Positions 36,662 through 59,327 of a stretch of 64,000 bases of DNA are shown here, one piece after another (the stretch's first letter is position 1; the number at the start of each line of letters is the position of its first letter). The notes below the pieces were generated by a model, which worked only from the letters and a program-made list of their open reading frames with translations, did not search any database and was not told the DNA's origin. The position numbers and the translations under genes are program-made. Source of the stretch: the human T2T-CHM13v2.0 reference genome, Homo sapiens. The stretch lies in NCBI RefSeq assembly GCF_009914755.1, contig NC_060940.1. The stretch is one strand, 5' to 3'.

Positions 36662-36764
36662 GTAAGCTTCCTTCTTAATGTTTGACCTTTGGGGGCCGAT
36701 GTGTGATACCTCGGATTTGAATCAAGAATCTCCAAGCCCATTTTCCGCATGCATGTAAACGTGA

Positions 36765-37133
<369 letters not shown>

Positions 37134-38719
37134 TGAGCCACTGCGCTCGGCCAACTTGTGTTAATTTCTTAAACTTGCGTGATCACCTGGTGTACTTGTT
37201 GAAAAATACAGCTCCCTGGAGTGGCAGGATCAGAATCTGCCGAGGTGGACCGTGGGAATCTGTCATTTTTAAACAAGTGTCCCAGGTGGTTCTTTTGCTG
37301 AGGCAAGTGTGGGAAATGTTGTGTGAACCCACGCTCATCCAGTCTTCCTTGTGACCGGCAGTCCACTGTGCGCAACGCTGCAGCCATACAGAGGGACAAC
37401 TCGAAGTTAGAACTAGCACCTTGGTCTTGTTGGAATAAGCAGATCTGAGTAGAGCCAGCTGCAGTCTTATGGTTGTTTAGCAGAAGTTATTCTTCTTAGC
37501 AGAGAATATTATACGGTCATTTTCCAGAACTGTAAAAACTCTATCATTTGTTTTAAACCAGATGATGTGCTTCATTTCTGTCTTTGACGTCTTCAGTTTC
37601 TTCTCCCCTGGCTTTACCTCCTTTGTTATCAGTTTGTGCTTTGGTTTTGCTGCCAACCTTATAGGTTTAGGTTTGGCGGCAAAGGCACTAGACTCTGGTG
37701 CCTTCTTTTCCTTCGTTGTCTTAAGCCCTTCTTTTCCTCTGCCCTCATGCCCTCACCACTTCACTCTTTTGAAGGTCATAATGAACACAAGGTCAGAGAT
37801 CCCTTTTTTGGCGCCAAGCACCCTGGGCTTTTTTGAGATGGAGTCTCACTGTGTCACCCAGGCAGTGGCGCGACTCTGCCCACTGCAGCCTCCATCTCCC
37901 TGGTTGAAGCAATTTTCCTGTCTCAGCCTCCTGAGTAGCTGGGACTACAGGTGCAAGCCACGACACCTGGCTAATTTTTCTGTTTTTAGTAGAGACGGGG
38001 TTTCACCATGCTGATCAGGCTGGTCTCAAACTCCTGACCTCAAATGATCCACCCACCTTGGCCTCCCAAAGTGCTAGGATTACAGGTGTGAGCCCCTGCG
38101 CCTGGCCTTTCTTTGTTTTGTTTTGTTTAAGACAGAGTCTCACTGTGTCACCGAGGCAGGAGTGCAGTAGCATAATCTCGGCTCACTGCAACCTCTGTCT
38201 CCCAGGCTCAAGCGATCCTCCTACCTCAGGAGTTCAGGACCAGCCTGGGCAACATAGTGAGCCCCTCTCTACAAAAAAAAAAAAAAAATTTAAAAAATTA
38301 ATAAAACACAAGATTGGCCTGTGTGGTGAGACAGTATTGAATCCAACAAACGGGAACTGGTTAGTGAGGCCCAAGATGCAATGGTGGCCGCACCATGAGT
38401 ACCTGGGACCACAGGTGCGTGCCACCACACCCAGCTAATTTTTTGTATCTTTGGTAGAGACGGGGTTTCACCATGTTTGCCAGGCTGGTCTCCAACTTCC
38501 GACCTCAAATGATCTACCCGCCTCGGCCTCCCAAAGTGCTGAGATTACAGGCGTGAGACATGGCGCCCGGCCTAAAGTTTTTTTTTTAATTCCACCTTAA
38601 AACTCATCTGTTACTGTGTTTGTTCTGCCACCTTTGCAATTCCCTTTCTCTGTTAGGGGAATGTGCTTAATGGTTCAGTCCTCACAGCTGTCCTTTCCTT
38701 ACCATCTGCTTTTATTTGA

Positions 38720-39362
<643 letters not shown>

Positions 39363-39521
39363 TCAACATATATTTCCTAGGTACCTATGCTGAACGCTGG
39401 GAAAATTGAGCAATTTATAAGGTTTCTGCTCTTAGTTCCATTATAATAGGGAAATAATAGGCCGGGTGTGGTGGCTCAGCCTGTAATTCCAGCACTTTGG
39501 GAGGCCAAGGTGGGCAGATCA

Positions 39522-39818
<297 letters not shown>

Positions 39819-40271
39819 TTAGTCTTTGCAGCAACCTTGTGTGGTAGGTGTTTCTAGCCCGTGTTACAGATGAGGAGCTCAAAGCCTAGAGATTTAGTAA
39901 CTTGCTGAAAGTCATACAGCTAGTGAGAGGTGGGGATATTTTCAAACCCAGAACTGTCCGCCCCCAAAGCCTGGATTCCCTGCCATGCTGGCGTGTTGCT
40001 TCTCTGATTGGCAAACAGACCACTGTGCAGTGTGGTAAGTTCTGTGCTGGGAGAAGTGTAGTGTGTTATAGGAGAACATAGAAGAGCCACCTAACCAAGT
40101 GTTGGAGAAGGAGGGGGAGAGTGTCAGATAAGATGTCAAAGAGGGGGCTGGGCACGGTGGCTCACACCTGTAATCCCAGCACTTTGGGAGGCCAAGGCAG
40201 GCGGATCACCAGGTCGGGAGATTGAGACCATCCTGGCTAACATGGTGAAACCCCGTCTCTCCTAAAAATTA

Positions 40272-40562
<291 letters not shown>

Positions 40563-42731
40563 TCACCTGATATGTTTGACGAATTACAGGTTGTTCAGTC
40601 TGGTTTGGTCAGAGTGTGAGGAAAGGAGAAATGAGACCACAGATAAGAACCAGAGTGTGAAGGATCTTGCACTTGATATGAAAAGAGTTTTGCCTTTTTC
40701 CTGAGGGCATCAGAAAGTCATTAAGGTGGGTGTGGTGGTTCACGCCTATAATCCCAGCACTTTGGGAGGCCAAGGCCAGTGGATCACCTGAGGTCAGGAG
40801 TTCAAGACCAGCCTAATCAACATGGTGAAACCCTGTCTGTACTAAAAATACAAAAAGTAACTGGGCGTGGTGGCGCGTGCTTGTAGTTCCAGCTGTTCAG
40901 GAGGCCGAGGCAGGAGAATTGCTTGAACCTGGGATGCAGAGGTTGCAGTGAGCCGAGATCACACCGCTGCACTCCCAGCTGGGCGACAGAGTGAGACTCT
41001 GTCTCAAAAAAAAAAAAAAATTGCTGAGGAAAAGCAGCAAAAAGGGAGGGAAACGTTGCAGGTACATGAAAGAGAGATAGCAGTTGATGGAGCTAGGGTC
41101 AAGAGAAGAGAGGAGGAAGTGGGATCCAGGGCCCTTGGGGGAGATTAACTTTCCAGTGGATAAAAGAAGGAAGGAAGAGATGGTTGCAGATGCAAGTGGG
41201 TCTATAGGAAGGGTTTCAGGGAATGAGATGAGCCAGGTTATCTGCTTAGAATGAGGGAAGAAAGGAGGTGAAATTGAAGGTTGAGAGAGGAATAGCTGGG
41301 CTCTGAACCTGAATACAGACAGAGGTCTGCCTGTGGCTTAACATGTGCTAGCCTAAGCCACCAAGGAGCAGGACAGTTTTCAAGTATAACCGAGTGGTCA
41401 CGGGTCAGAAGCCAGGAGGTTGACAGTGAGGTCAATGGGACGGGGCTGGCCATTTGGCAGCAGCAGTTCCCCAGGAGAGCTGTGTTGCCATTGGGACAGA
41501 GGGTAGAGAGAATGTCAGCAAAGGGGTGGGTGTTTACCTTTGGGAAAGGTATTCTGGAGGGTGCAGTAGAGGGGCTTGAAGGAGAGGAAAGCAAAGAGAG
41601 CTTGGGCCACGGGAAATAAATTGGTCACGTGGAGATGAGATTATGGAAAGACTAGCCGGGTAGAGAAGCTTCTGTTTTGAGATGGTGCTTAACAGGGACC
41701 AGGGATGAGAGGCATGGTGGCAACCACAAGGTGGCCAAGACAATTTGTCTCCAGTTGGATGGGATGTCTGCCTGGACACAGTCTGTGCTTGCATTGGTTG
41801 CAATTCTGAGAGTCATCTCTGATGGATGGACATAGATACCTTGGCCTTGGACAATTTGTGCTGACTGTGGAGCATCTGTGGGTCCTGTGGCTGGCAGTGG
41901 AGGCGGTAAGGAGATGACTAGCAGTGAGCTACCCTAAGGCCCCCTTGTCTACCGCCTCTCGTCTCAAAGTCCTCATCCTCCTGTACACATGACTGCATGG
42001 ACAGCCAGTAGGTGCTTTCTTCTTCAGTTTCTTGAAACTTGAACAGTCATCTGTTTTGCTGTTAGATTAAGTTTGTTAAAACCCTGCCTTGTCCAAGGGC
42101 AGTGGTTCATGCCTGTAATCTCAACACTTTGGGAGACCAAGGTGGGAGGATCACTTGAGCCTAGGAAGTCGACTCTGTTTTTCTTATAATTCTACCATCC
42201 GCTCTCCACCATGGAGCCAGACTGACCTTTGGAAAACATCCCCCAACCCCCCACCGCCAAAAAAAACAAAGAAAAGAAAAACATCCCAGATCATTTCATT
42301 CCCCTGCTAGTGATACTCCCGCATGAGTGATTTTCCTTTGTACTTTGAATAAAATTCCAACTCCTGCTGATGGCACCCAAGGGCTGTGTGTAACTGGCTT
42401 CCGCCTGCCTCTCCAGCATTGTCTTAGATCATCTCCCCACACTCCCCGTGTCGTGTACATGCCGGCCTCCTTTTTGTTCTTGGTCTGTCTTACCTCAGGG
42501 CTTTTGCACATGCTCGTCTCAGTGTCTGCCAAATGTATAGCTCGTTCCTTATCCTTCAGGTCTGTTTCCAAATGTCACTTCCTTGGAGGCTGTTTCTGAC
42601 CATCCTGTTTTAAATATGCCCCTAGTTACTCTATCACGTTAGCTTTATTTACTGTTTTATTTGTATGTTTATTTGTATATTGATTGGTGTTCTCATTCAC
42701 ACACGCAAACTCTCAAATGTAAATTTCATAA

Positions 42732-43031
<300 letters not shown>

Positions 43032-43400
43032 TAAGACTGGTCTCGAACCCCTGACCTCGTTATCCACTCGCCGCGGCCTCCCAAAGTGCTGGGATTACAG
43101 GTGTGAGCCACTGCGCCCAGCCTAAGTTTTTGAATTTTTAGTAGAGACGGGGTTTCACTGTGTTAGCCAGGATGGTCTCGATCTCCTGACCTCGTGATCC
43201 GCCCGCCTCGGCCTCCCAGAGTGCTGGGATTACAGGTGTGAGGCACCATGCCCAGCCACCCTCAAATATTTGCTGAATGAATGGCTATCGTTCTTTGTCA
43301 AATCCCTTTCTCATTAATCCCATGCACTGAGTAGAATGGCATGAAATATGTTTGGTTTCTCTGTCTAGTTTGAGTTCCTGAGATCTAGTTGGTGAGAGAC

Positions 43401-43627
43401 ATGATGTTCTACCGGTTGCTGTCGATTGTTGGAAGACAAAGAGCCAGCCCAGGATGGCAGAACTGGTCCTCTGCAAGAAACAGCACGTCAGCTGCCGAGG
43501 CGCGTTCCATGGCCCTGCCCACCCAGGCACAGGTGGTCATCTGTGGAGGTGGAATCACGGGCACTTCTGTGGCCTATCACCTCTCCAAAATGGGGTGGAA
43601 GGATATTGTCCTTTTGGAGCAGGGCAG
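43401..43627 (+). CDS. PDPR: PDPR first coding exon (exon starts 43369): mitochondrial presequence and FAD-binding GxGxxG
   Basis: [27 protein letters not shown]...[32 protein letters not shown]. Acceptor TTTCTCTGTCTAG, donor CAG|GTAAGG. Confidence 0.97.
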
Positions 43628-44374
43628 GTAAGGATCAGACTGCATTTGGCTCATGGCTGTGCTGCACTAATCGTATAAGATTCCCTCTCCTTTCAGAGAT
43701 ACTGCCCCACCAGTAGCTAATCTAAATGTTGCTAAGTAGCATGAGAAGAAGCAAGGTGGAATCTCCTGAATTTTGTTTAAGGATGACTAATAATGCTCAT
43801 GTTCTCTGGTTTTTAGAGAGTTGGCAAATTTCGTTTTCCTTTTTTTTTTTTTTTTTTTTGGTGGTGGTGTTTTGGTAGACAGGATCTCGCTTTCTTACCC
43901 AGGCTGAGCTTGAATTCCTGGCCTCAAGCAGTCCTCCCACCTTGGCCTCCCAAAGTTCTGGGACTACAGGCATGACCCACTGTACCCAGCAACATTTTAG
44001 ACTTTGACAAAAATTTGCGTTTGTAAATAATGTGGATTGCATTTAAGCAAAGTAGACAACTGCTTGTGTTTGCTTAATTGCTAGGTTCTTAATATTGTTC
44101 TCATTCCCCAAGAGAAATATGCTCTATAGGCTTAGTTTCTCTGTGCTCGCCTTCTTTTAGGTCAAGTATTTTCTGCTCTATTGGCTTGTAAGCTAAGTCC
44201 CTTTATATTAATTTGTAATAGTTACAGAGATTACAGAATGGATTCTTATAATCCATCATTAATTAATATTATACCACTATACAAGTAATGTTAGATTCAT
44301 ACAACAATATTGGCCGGGCATGGTGGCTCACACCTGTAATCCCAGCACTCTGGGAGGCTGAGGTGGGCAGATCA

Positions 44375-45282
<908 letters not shown>

Positions 45283-45681
45283 TAAGTGCTGAAATCTGTT
45301 TACAGAGTTGTGCATCCATCATCATAACCAGGTCATACATTTTTGGCAGTAAGACCACAGAAATTAGGCTGGACTCTCAGCAGTGCACCACATCAGGAGG
45401 TGTATGGCTGTCCTGTTTCACTTCTGGTGGTGATAAACCTGGTCACTCAGTTACATTGGTGTCCTCCAAGCATCTCTAGCACAGAGACCCTGTTTTCTCC
45501 CCTTGTAATGGGCCAGTGCCCTTTGAGGAGAGATGGATTCTGAGATTATGCCAATATCCTGTTCATATGAGACCTCCACCTACCGGGCTTAGCATCCATT
45601 GACAACTGTTGCCTGAGTCAGCCACCACCGTGATGGTTGACAAATGGTGATTTTTTGATCATACTTCTACATTTATTATAG

Positions 45682-46044
<363 letters not shown>

Positions 46045-46690
46045 TGAACTCCTGACCTCAGCTGATCCACCCGCCTCAGCCTCCCAAAGTGCTGGGATTA
46101 CAGGCATGAGCCACCGTGCCCGGCCCGCAGTGGATACTTTTAAGAGCAAAAGTGGGTTTTGTTTTTGTTAATGTTTTTGAGACAGAGTCTCACGCTGTCA
46201 CTCAGGCTGGAGTGCAGTGGTTCAATCTCAGCTCACTACAACCTCTGCCTCCTGGGCTCAAGTGATCCTCCCACCACAGCCTCCTGAGTAGCTGGGACTA
46301 CAGGCATGCACTACCATGCCTGGCTAATTTTTTGTTTTTTTGGTAGAGACGTGATTTCACCTTGTTGTCCAGGCTGGCCTCAAACTCCTGGGCTCAAGTG
46401 ATCCGCCCACCTCAACCTCCCAAAGTACTGGGGTTACAGGTGTGGGCCGCCACACTTGGCCTCATAATGCTTCCTTGATGTCAAAGTCTTTCTCCTATTT
46501 TTTGAAATCCTTTTAAATTTAATTATCAGGTATTTCCACAAAAAGTGATAAACTAATCGCAGTGTAAATGTTTCTAAGTGGGAGACCCTAGGGAGGTTCA
46601 TTTTTGGTTTAATTTGTTGCTTCAAGATTATATAATACCTTAGAATTGATATAAGGCAGACTATTTAAACCTCACACTTAAAAATAATTA

Positions 46691-46828
<138 letters not shown>

Positions 46829-47394
46829 TTAACTGGGAGTGGTTATTCGCGTCTGTTAATCTCAGCTACTCGGGAGGCTGAGGTAGGAAAATCACTTGAA
46901 TCCAGGAGGCGGAGGATGCAGTGAGCCAAGATCGCACCATTGCACCCCAGCCTGGGCGACAGAGCAAGATTCAGTCTCAAAAAAAAAAAAAAAATTATGC
47001 CTCGGCCAAGTGCAGTGGCTCATGCCTGTTATCCCACGACTTTGGGAGGCCAAGGTGGGTGGATCACCTGAGGTCGGGAGTTCAAGACCAGCCTGCCCAA
47101 CATGGGGAAACCCCGTCTCTACTAAAAATGCAAAAATTAGCTGGGCGTGGTGGCATAAGCCTGTAATTGTAGCTACTCAGGAGGCTGAGGCAGGAGAATT
47201 GCTTGAACCTGGGAGGCAGAGATTGCAGTGAGCCAAGTTTGTGCCACTGCCCTCCAGCCTGGGCAACAGAGTGAGACCGTCTCAAAAAATAATAGTTATT
47301 ATTATGCCTTATCCGTGGCTTGTGAAATGGTTTTATACTGCCCTTTATGTATAATTATTCCTCTTGTCCATCTTCACTATTGTTCTCATAGATC

Positions 47395-47570
47395 AATGGG
47401 TCTTAAATCTGTCTGCACATTAGAATCAGCTGGGGAGCTTTTAACAATTACCAGTGCCCAGACCTCTCCCCAGAACAAACCAGAATCTCTAGGGGTGAGG
47501 CCAGGCATCAATATTTTTAAAAGCTTCCCCAGGGACTCTAATGTACCTCCAAGGGCGAGAGCCACTGTCA
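47395..47570. mobile_element. MER5A-like hAT DNA transposon (a similar remnant lies at ~37165-37320)
   Basis: TGCACATTAGAATCAGCTGGGGAGCTTTTAA...GAATCTCTAGGGGTGAGGCCAGG...AGAGCCACTG. Confidence 0.75.
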
Positions 47571-48138
47571 AAGCTGCTCAAGGAGTGCTATCCCAGCAGA
47601 GACGTCACCAGAGCTATAGGTGCTGACCACCAGCCAGTTAATGGAACTCCCACCTGGGGTGGAGCTCCACACAGTTACAAAGATGATAGAAAAATCTCTT
47701 TAGGGAGCTGACAATCTTATGTGGAAAATATAATTATTAGAGTAAATACAGTAAACTCAAGTGACAGGCATGCTGACACAGATGTTAGTTTATTTACTGA
47801 GTGATAAATAATTTGGGGAAAATGACCTTAGAACCCCCCACCTGCTTTCTTGACATATGGGTCCCTTGCAAAACTGGGTCTTTGGGCCCTAGCATTACTG
47901 TAGCCTTTATATTCTGTTGCTACCACAAATTAGAGAACATTTTTTTCAATGTAAAGTTTATGTACTTTTGAATAGGCAATGTATTTATATGATTCAAAAT
48001 TGAAAATATGTAAAAGAAGCTGGGTGCAGTGGCTTATGCCTGTAATCCCAGCACTTTGGGAGGCTGAGGCGGGTGGATCATCTAAGGTCAGGAATTCGAA
48101 ACCAGCCTGGCCAACATGGCAAAACCCCATCTCTACTA

Positions 48139-48575
<437 letters not shown>

Positions 48576-49193
48576 TTAAGATGGAGTCTTGCTCTGTCAC
48601 CCAGGCTGTAGTGCAGTGGTGCAGCCTCAGCTCCTGCAACCTCTGCCTCCTGGGTTCAGGCGATCCTCCTGCCTCAGCCTTCTGAATAGCTGGGATTACA
48701 GACGCCTGCCACCATGCCCGGCTGATTTTTGTATTTTTAGTAGAGATGGGGTTTCGCCATGTTGGCCAGGCTGGTCTCGAACGCCTGACCTCAAGTGATC
48801 TGCCTGCCTCAGCCTCCCAAAGTGCTGGGATTATAGATGTGAACCACTGCACCCAGCCCTCAATCTTCACTTCTAACAAAAAGCTTTCTCTCTGGAGGGA
48901 AGTTAAGTTCTAGTTATATTCTCTACTTCTATAAGCAATTATGTGTTGGTAGGTTTGTGTATATGTGTATGGATATTCATTTATTATATTTTTTCTCTTT
49001 TTTATATAAGTGGGAGCATACCTTACACACTGTTCTTCACCTTGCTTTTTCATTATGATTGTTCCATTTTGGTACATAAAGACCTTTTCATTCTTTTTTA
49101 TAGCTGCATAATATTCCATTGTATAGATGAATTCCAAAATTTTATTTTATTTTAGAGATGGGGTCTTGCTCTATTGCTTAGTCTGAAGTGTAG

Positions 49194-49493
<300 letters not shown>

Positions 49494-49571
49494 TAGCCAA
49501 GATGGTTTCGATCTCCTGACCTTGTGATCCACCCACCTCAGCCTCCCAAAGTGCTGGGATTACAGGCGTGA

Positions 49572-49976
<405 letters not shown>

Positions 49977-50184
49977 TGACCAGGCTGGTCGTAAACCCCT
50001 GTCCTCAAGCAGTCCCCAGTCCTCCTACCTTGGCCTCCTAAAGTGCTGGGATTATAAGTGTGAGCCACTGTGCCCAGCTTGTTTCCATCTTTTGGTGTTA
50101 GAAACAGTATTAAATGAGAAACCCTGACCTCGTATTCACAGATGACGTCAATCTACCTAATAGCATTTTGCATCCATCCTGCAG

Positions 50185-50318
50185 GCTGGCTGCTGGCTCT
50201 ACCAGGTTCTGTGCTGGCATCCTGAGCACTGCCAGGCACTTGACCATTGAGCAGAAGATGGCAGACTACTCAAACAAACTCTACCATCAGTTAGAGCAAG
50301 AAACAGGGATCCAAACAG
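50185..50318 (+). CDS. PDPR: PDPR coding exon 2
   Basis: RLAAGSTRFCAGILSTARHLTIEQKMADYSNKLYHQLEQETGIQT; GT-AG, phases 2 to 1. Confidence 0.97.
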
Positions 50319-51119
50319 GTAAGCAAGTGTCTTCCATTTATTGCTTTGCCTGTCCCTGAGATTGTTATATTCATTTCTGTATTTGGTCCTCTGCCAGGTG
50401 TGCCTGCTGCTTTGGTAATTAAAACTTGGGTTGGCCGGGCATGGTGGCTCACGCCTGTAATCCCAGCACTTTGGGAGGCCGAGGCAGGCGGATCACGAGG
50501 TCAGGAGATCGAGACCATCCTGGCTAACATGGTGAAACCCCGTCTCTACTAAGAAATTAAGAAAATATGTAAATTATCCTTACTGTACTTCTTTTGAAAA
50601 TAAGATACCAAATTGCTTCAACTCTTTCTTCATAAGAATTAAGAGTCATTGCATTTTAGGAGAATTGTCATTGGCCCAAGTGTAATTATGGTTCTATATC
50701 AGGTGTGTTGATTACAGACAACAGGAATTGGCTCTGGCCAACTTGGAGCTTGTTGGGAGGAGCTTGGGCCTGTGGAGTTGGCAGGAGGCTGCCAGCTGGA
50801 GGCAGCCTGGAAGCCAGGATGTGGGGACTGCACCGCAGGCAGTCCCTCAGCCAGAACAGGAGCAGCCTGGCGTGGCTGATGCTGCCCTTGAGATGGTGAC
50901 CTCTAGCCATTCACCTACGTGCTCAAGACTGACTCTTCCAGGAGGGTCTGATTGGATAAGCTTAGGTCACATGCCCACTGTTTGGCTATACCGGGGAAGA
51001 AGAAGGGAGAATCCGACCCTTGGTAGCTGATGTTATTGTGAGTGGCCTTTGCCAAGGATTACACTCCCCCAAGACTAGGAGGAGAAAGGGTGAAACTGCC
51101 TAAAAGGTGGGAAGAATAG

Positions 51120-51489
<370 letters not shown>

Positions 51490-51707
51490 TGAGCTGAGAA
51501 TGTTTGGTCAGGGCATGGAGCCTTAGTGCATCTGAAGTTCTTAAAATTTTGCATAGAAGCTCAGAGAAGCTGATTTACCTGCCCAAGGATATTGAGTGGC
51601 AGTCCAGGATTCATCACAGGTCTTCTAACCTATAATCTAGTGGATTTTCCACTCTCCTGTCCTACATTTGGTCTGATCTGTCTCATTTGGGCTCATTTTT
51701 CTTACAG

Positions 51708-51789
51708 GTTACACAAGGACAGGCTCAATCTTTCTGGCCCAAACTCAGGACCGACTGATCTCCCTGAAGCGCATCAACGCAGGGCTGAA
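51708..51789 (+). CDS. PDPR: PDPR coding exon 3
   Basis: GYTRTGSIFLAQTQDRLISLKRINAGL; GT-AG. Confidence 0.96.
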
Positions 51790-51882
51790 GTACGTAAGAG
51801 TCTAGAAGCGTGTCCTGACTTTACCACACTGGCCTCTGCCAAAGAGCCTGTGAATGTCATTGTCCCTTGTGTTCTGTGGCAG

Positions 51883-52046
51883 TGTTATAGGTATCCCTTC
51901 TGAGATCATCTCCCCCAAGAAAGTGGCCGAGCTTCACCATCTCCTCAACGTGCACGACCTGGTGGGGGCCATGCATGTTCCCGAGGATGCAGTGGTGTCT
52001 TCCGCTGACGTGGCTCTTGCCCTGGCAAGTGCTGCCTCCCAAAATG
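51883..52046 (+). CDS. PDPR: PDPR coding exon 4
   Basis: NVIGIPSEIISPKKVAELHHLLNVHDLVGAMHVPEDAVVSSADVALALASAASQN; GT-AG. Confidence 0.96.
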
Positions 52047-52272
52047 GTGAGCAGGTTTTTGCATTTTCTTAAGATAGGTTAGCAGGGAAGACATTACCTA
52101 AGGAAGTGTCTCACAATAGGAAGTGACACCAACTCAAGTTTGGAAAGATTATCCTCTTTGGGGTACTCAGCCTCCATTTTGAACACTTATAATTTTATTT
52201 ATCTGTTAATGAGTGTTTTCCCTCAGGGCCACATTTTTAAAGTTCTAAAGAACTGCTTTTAGTGCTAATTAA

Positions 52273-52591
<319 letters not shown>

Positions 52592-53346
52592 TAAGGTAAT
52601 ATTTTCCGCCACAGGACTTGAGAAGCTCAAGGTGAAAACACACCTTGGAAGTTTAATCCACACCTGAAATCATGAGCCCAGTTGCATTGAATGAGGGGAA
52701 GACTTAACTAGCGTCCAGGGTATCATATCCATGGTATGAGCAGGTTAGCACTTAAGGCGCACTATTTACATCCTCTCCTCTCTGCTCCATAGTTTATGAT
52801 TCCAGGAATTTAATTATTGTGTTCCAAAGTCTGTTTTTAAACTGAGTTGCTATTTTCAATCTTGAACAAGGCCCATTTACATAGTCTCAGGATGTGATTC
52901 TAGGGTTTTGTGTTTTTTTTAAATGAAAGCATTGAGCCGGGCGTGGTGTCTCATGCCTGTAATCCCAGCACTTTGGGAGGCCAAGGCAGGCGGATCACCT
53001 GAGGCCAGGAGTTCAAGACCAGGCTGACCAACATGGTAAAACCCCATCTCTATTAAAAATACTAAAATTAGCCGGGCATGGTGGTGCATGCCTGTAATCC
53101 CAGCTACTTGAGAGGCTGAGGCAGGAGAATTGCTTAAACCCAGGAGGCAGAGAGCGAGCCAAGATCGCACGACTACACTCCACCCTTGGCGACAAAGCAA
53201 GACTCCATCTCAAAAATAAAATAAAAAAATAAATTAAAGCATTGACTTGACTTTGTCAGTGTTTCTTCTGGGTGGAGAACCTGCTGCACATGCCTTCATT
53301 CTGGAACATCAGATGAAACACCAACTCTTTCTTTACCTTGGAACAG

Positions 53347-53468
53347 GTGTTCAGATCTATGACCGGACATCTGTTCTTCATGTAATGGTCAAAAAAGGTC
53401 AAGTTACTGGAGTGGAGACCGATAAAGGACAGATTGAATGCCAGTATTTTGTCAACTGTGCTGGCCAG
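53347..53468 (+). CDS. PDPR: PDPR coding exon 5
   Basis: GVQIYDRTSVLHVMVKKGQVTGVETDKGQIECQYFVNCAGQ; GT-AG. Confidence 0.97.
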
Positions 53469-54225
53469 GTAGGTCAGCACCAACACTGCTGTTCTTATTT
53501 AACGTTTGTCTCCAAGATTTTTTTGGTGTAGAGAAGTAAGATTAGTATTGTGATTGGTTATACAGATATCAGTAACTACGCTGTTTCTTGTAGGGTATTC
53601 TAAATCAGAAACCTACACTTAGTCTGCAAATAGAAGCCTGTGTGACCTTGTCCTTCCTCCACACTGGGTTGATGGGTGCTATCCTGGTCAGGAAGGCCAG
53701 CAAATGGTCAGGCATTGACGTGAATCCTTGGCACTGGGTCTTGATGTTACATTTCATTCTATAACCTAGCAAATAACATATTAGGCTATTTTATTGTGTC
53801 AGGAATGTGGACACTAATTTCCAGGACACTGCTTCTTTTAAAGCAGATTGGCTCTTGCCTTCCATGCTATGATCCCGAAGTGAACTAAGAAATACTTTTG
53901 CCATGTGAAGTTCATTTAGTGATTGCTATTTGGGGTTTGTAGCTGAGCCCAGGCGTTTTATCAAAAGGACCTCCTTTGGTTCCCATGAGCTCCTTTGACT
54001 AGCTGGTAAATATCTCTTCCTTTGATCTCAAAGTAATTTTTATGTCTTAAAAAATGTAGTATTGCTCCCCATCCAAATAATTGAACTAAAGCAGGCTGAC
54101 TTCCCACACCTGACACTGTAGCAAGAGCACACATAAGCCACTTGGAATTAATCTCAAGAGGCTGAACTTGCTCATTTTTATTTCTGTTCCTCTTCCCACC
54201 CACAAATCAACCTGTCCATTTGTAG

Positions 54226-54343
54226 TGGGCATACGAGCTGGGTCTGTCCAACGAGGAGCCGGTTAGTATCCCGCTACATGCCTGCGAACACTTCTACCTC
54301 CTGACTCGCCCCTTGGAGACCCCTCTGCAGAGCAGCACACCAA
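54226..54343 (+). CDS. PDPR: PDPR coding exon 6
   Basis: WAYELGLSNEEPVSIPLHACEHFYLLTRPLETPLQSSTP; GT-AG. Confidence 0.96.
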
Positions 54344-55074
54344 GTGAGGACTTGCACTTTTTTAAAAAATCTTGTTTCTTTGCCAGTATCCTGTCCTCTG
54401 AAAAGGAAAACTTTCTGCTAAGGACAGCCTGTGTCTGAAAGAGTCTTTCATTTCTAGAGTATGTTACAGGGAGGTGGACCCAATTCTGACTTTTCTTTAT
54501 TAACTCTTTATGAAAGGATGGCCAAAATTTCCATTAATACATTTTTTTGTTTTTGTTTGTTTTGCAAGCTAATTTTAGTCCTAAACAGAGGTCATTGAGA
54601 ATATTTGGACTGTCTTGTTGACTTTTTAACTTGAATGCTATGGATAGTAGAAATGTCATAGGTAAACAATAGACTTAGGTGGGTTCGTGGTTCCAAGCAC
54701 TGTAGGAGAGGGTTCTCACATCCTTTTGACGGTCTTCATGCCTAGAATGGGCTCTGCAACCCCCCTCTCTGTTAAACTTTCGCTTGGCACAGTGGGAGTT
54801 ACGTGGTTTGCTTGTGGGGACTAGTCAAAGCTTCTAGGTAAGGGATAATCAGAGAAACAGTCTCCACTGAAAGGCTAAATGGGAGGATCTTCCCCCGTGA
54901 CCTCAAAAGGTATTTTAAAGCTAATGAATGCCTGTGTTCATTGAATGTTCTTTCATTAATAAAGCCATTAATGGGTGTTTTTGTTTGGTTGTTCTGTCCA
55001 TTTAGAAAGCTGACTTGCCTCTAAACCCTTGTTTTTTCTTCCACTCCCCACTCCATGTCATTTCTCCACCTCAG

Positions 55075-55224
55075 CTATTGTGGATGCTGATGGAAGAATT
55101 TATATTCGGAACTGGCAGGGTGGCATCCTGTCTGGGGGCTTTGAGAAGAACCCGAAACCAATTTTCACTGAGGGCAAGAACCAGCTGGAGATTCAGAATC
55201 TACAGGAAGACTGGGATCACTTTG
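55075..55224 (+). CDS. PDPR: PDPR coding exon 7
   Basis: TIVDADGRIYIRNWQGGILSGGFEKNPKPIFTEGKNQLEIQNLQEDWDHF; GT-AG. Confidence 0.97.
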
Positions 55225-55469
55225 GTATGTGAACTGCATTATAACCGTAGTGCCTTATATTTGTTTAAGATGTTATATTTTTCAAAGTATTTTGAAGAAT
55301 AGTTCCTTGTTTAATGTTTATAACATCGCCATGAGGTACAACAGTGGTTACAGAGGGTGAGTTTGCCTGGTCTGAGGATGGAGTTACTAGGTAGCAGATT
55401 CAGGGGACTAAAATCTTAGTTAATAGACATTTGCCTTATTCTTTTTTAATTTTATTCTTAGTTTTACTT

Positions 55470-59130
<3,661 letters not shown>

Positions 59131-59134
59131 TCAG

Positions 59135-59327
59135 AGCCTCTGTTGAGTTCCCTTCTGAGGAGGATGCCAGAATTAGAGACTCTGGAGATCATGAAGTTGG
59201 TGAACTGCCCAGAGACCTTCACACCAGACATGAGGTGCATCATGGGCGAGTCTCCTGCAGTGCAGGGCTACTTTGTCCTGGCAGGAATGAACTCTGCTGG
59301 CCTTTCATTTGGTGGAGGAGCCGGAAA
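59135..59327 (+). CDS. PDPR: PDPR coding exon 8
   Basis: EPLLSSLLRRMPELETLEIMKLVNCPETFTPDMRCIMGESPAVQGYFVLAGMNSAGLSFGGGAG; GT-AG. Confidence 0.97.

Noticed and set aside
51790-51882. 93-nt intron (a multiple of 3) as an in-frame retained intron
   Set aside because: It contains an in-frame TAG (AAG TAC GTA AGA GTC TAG).
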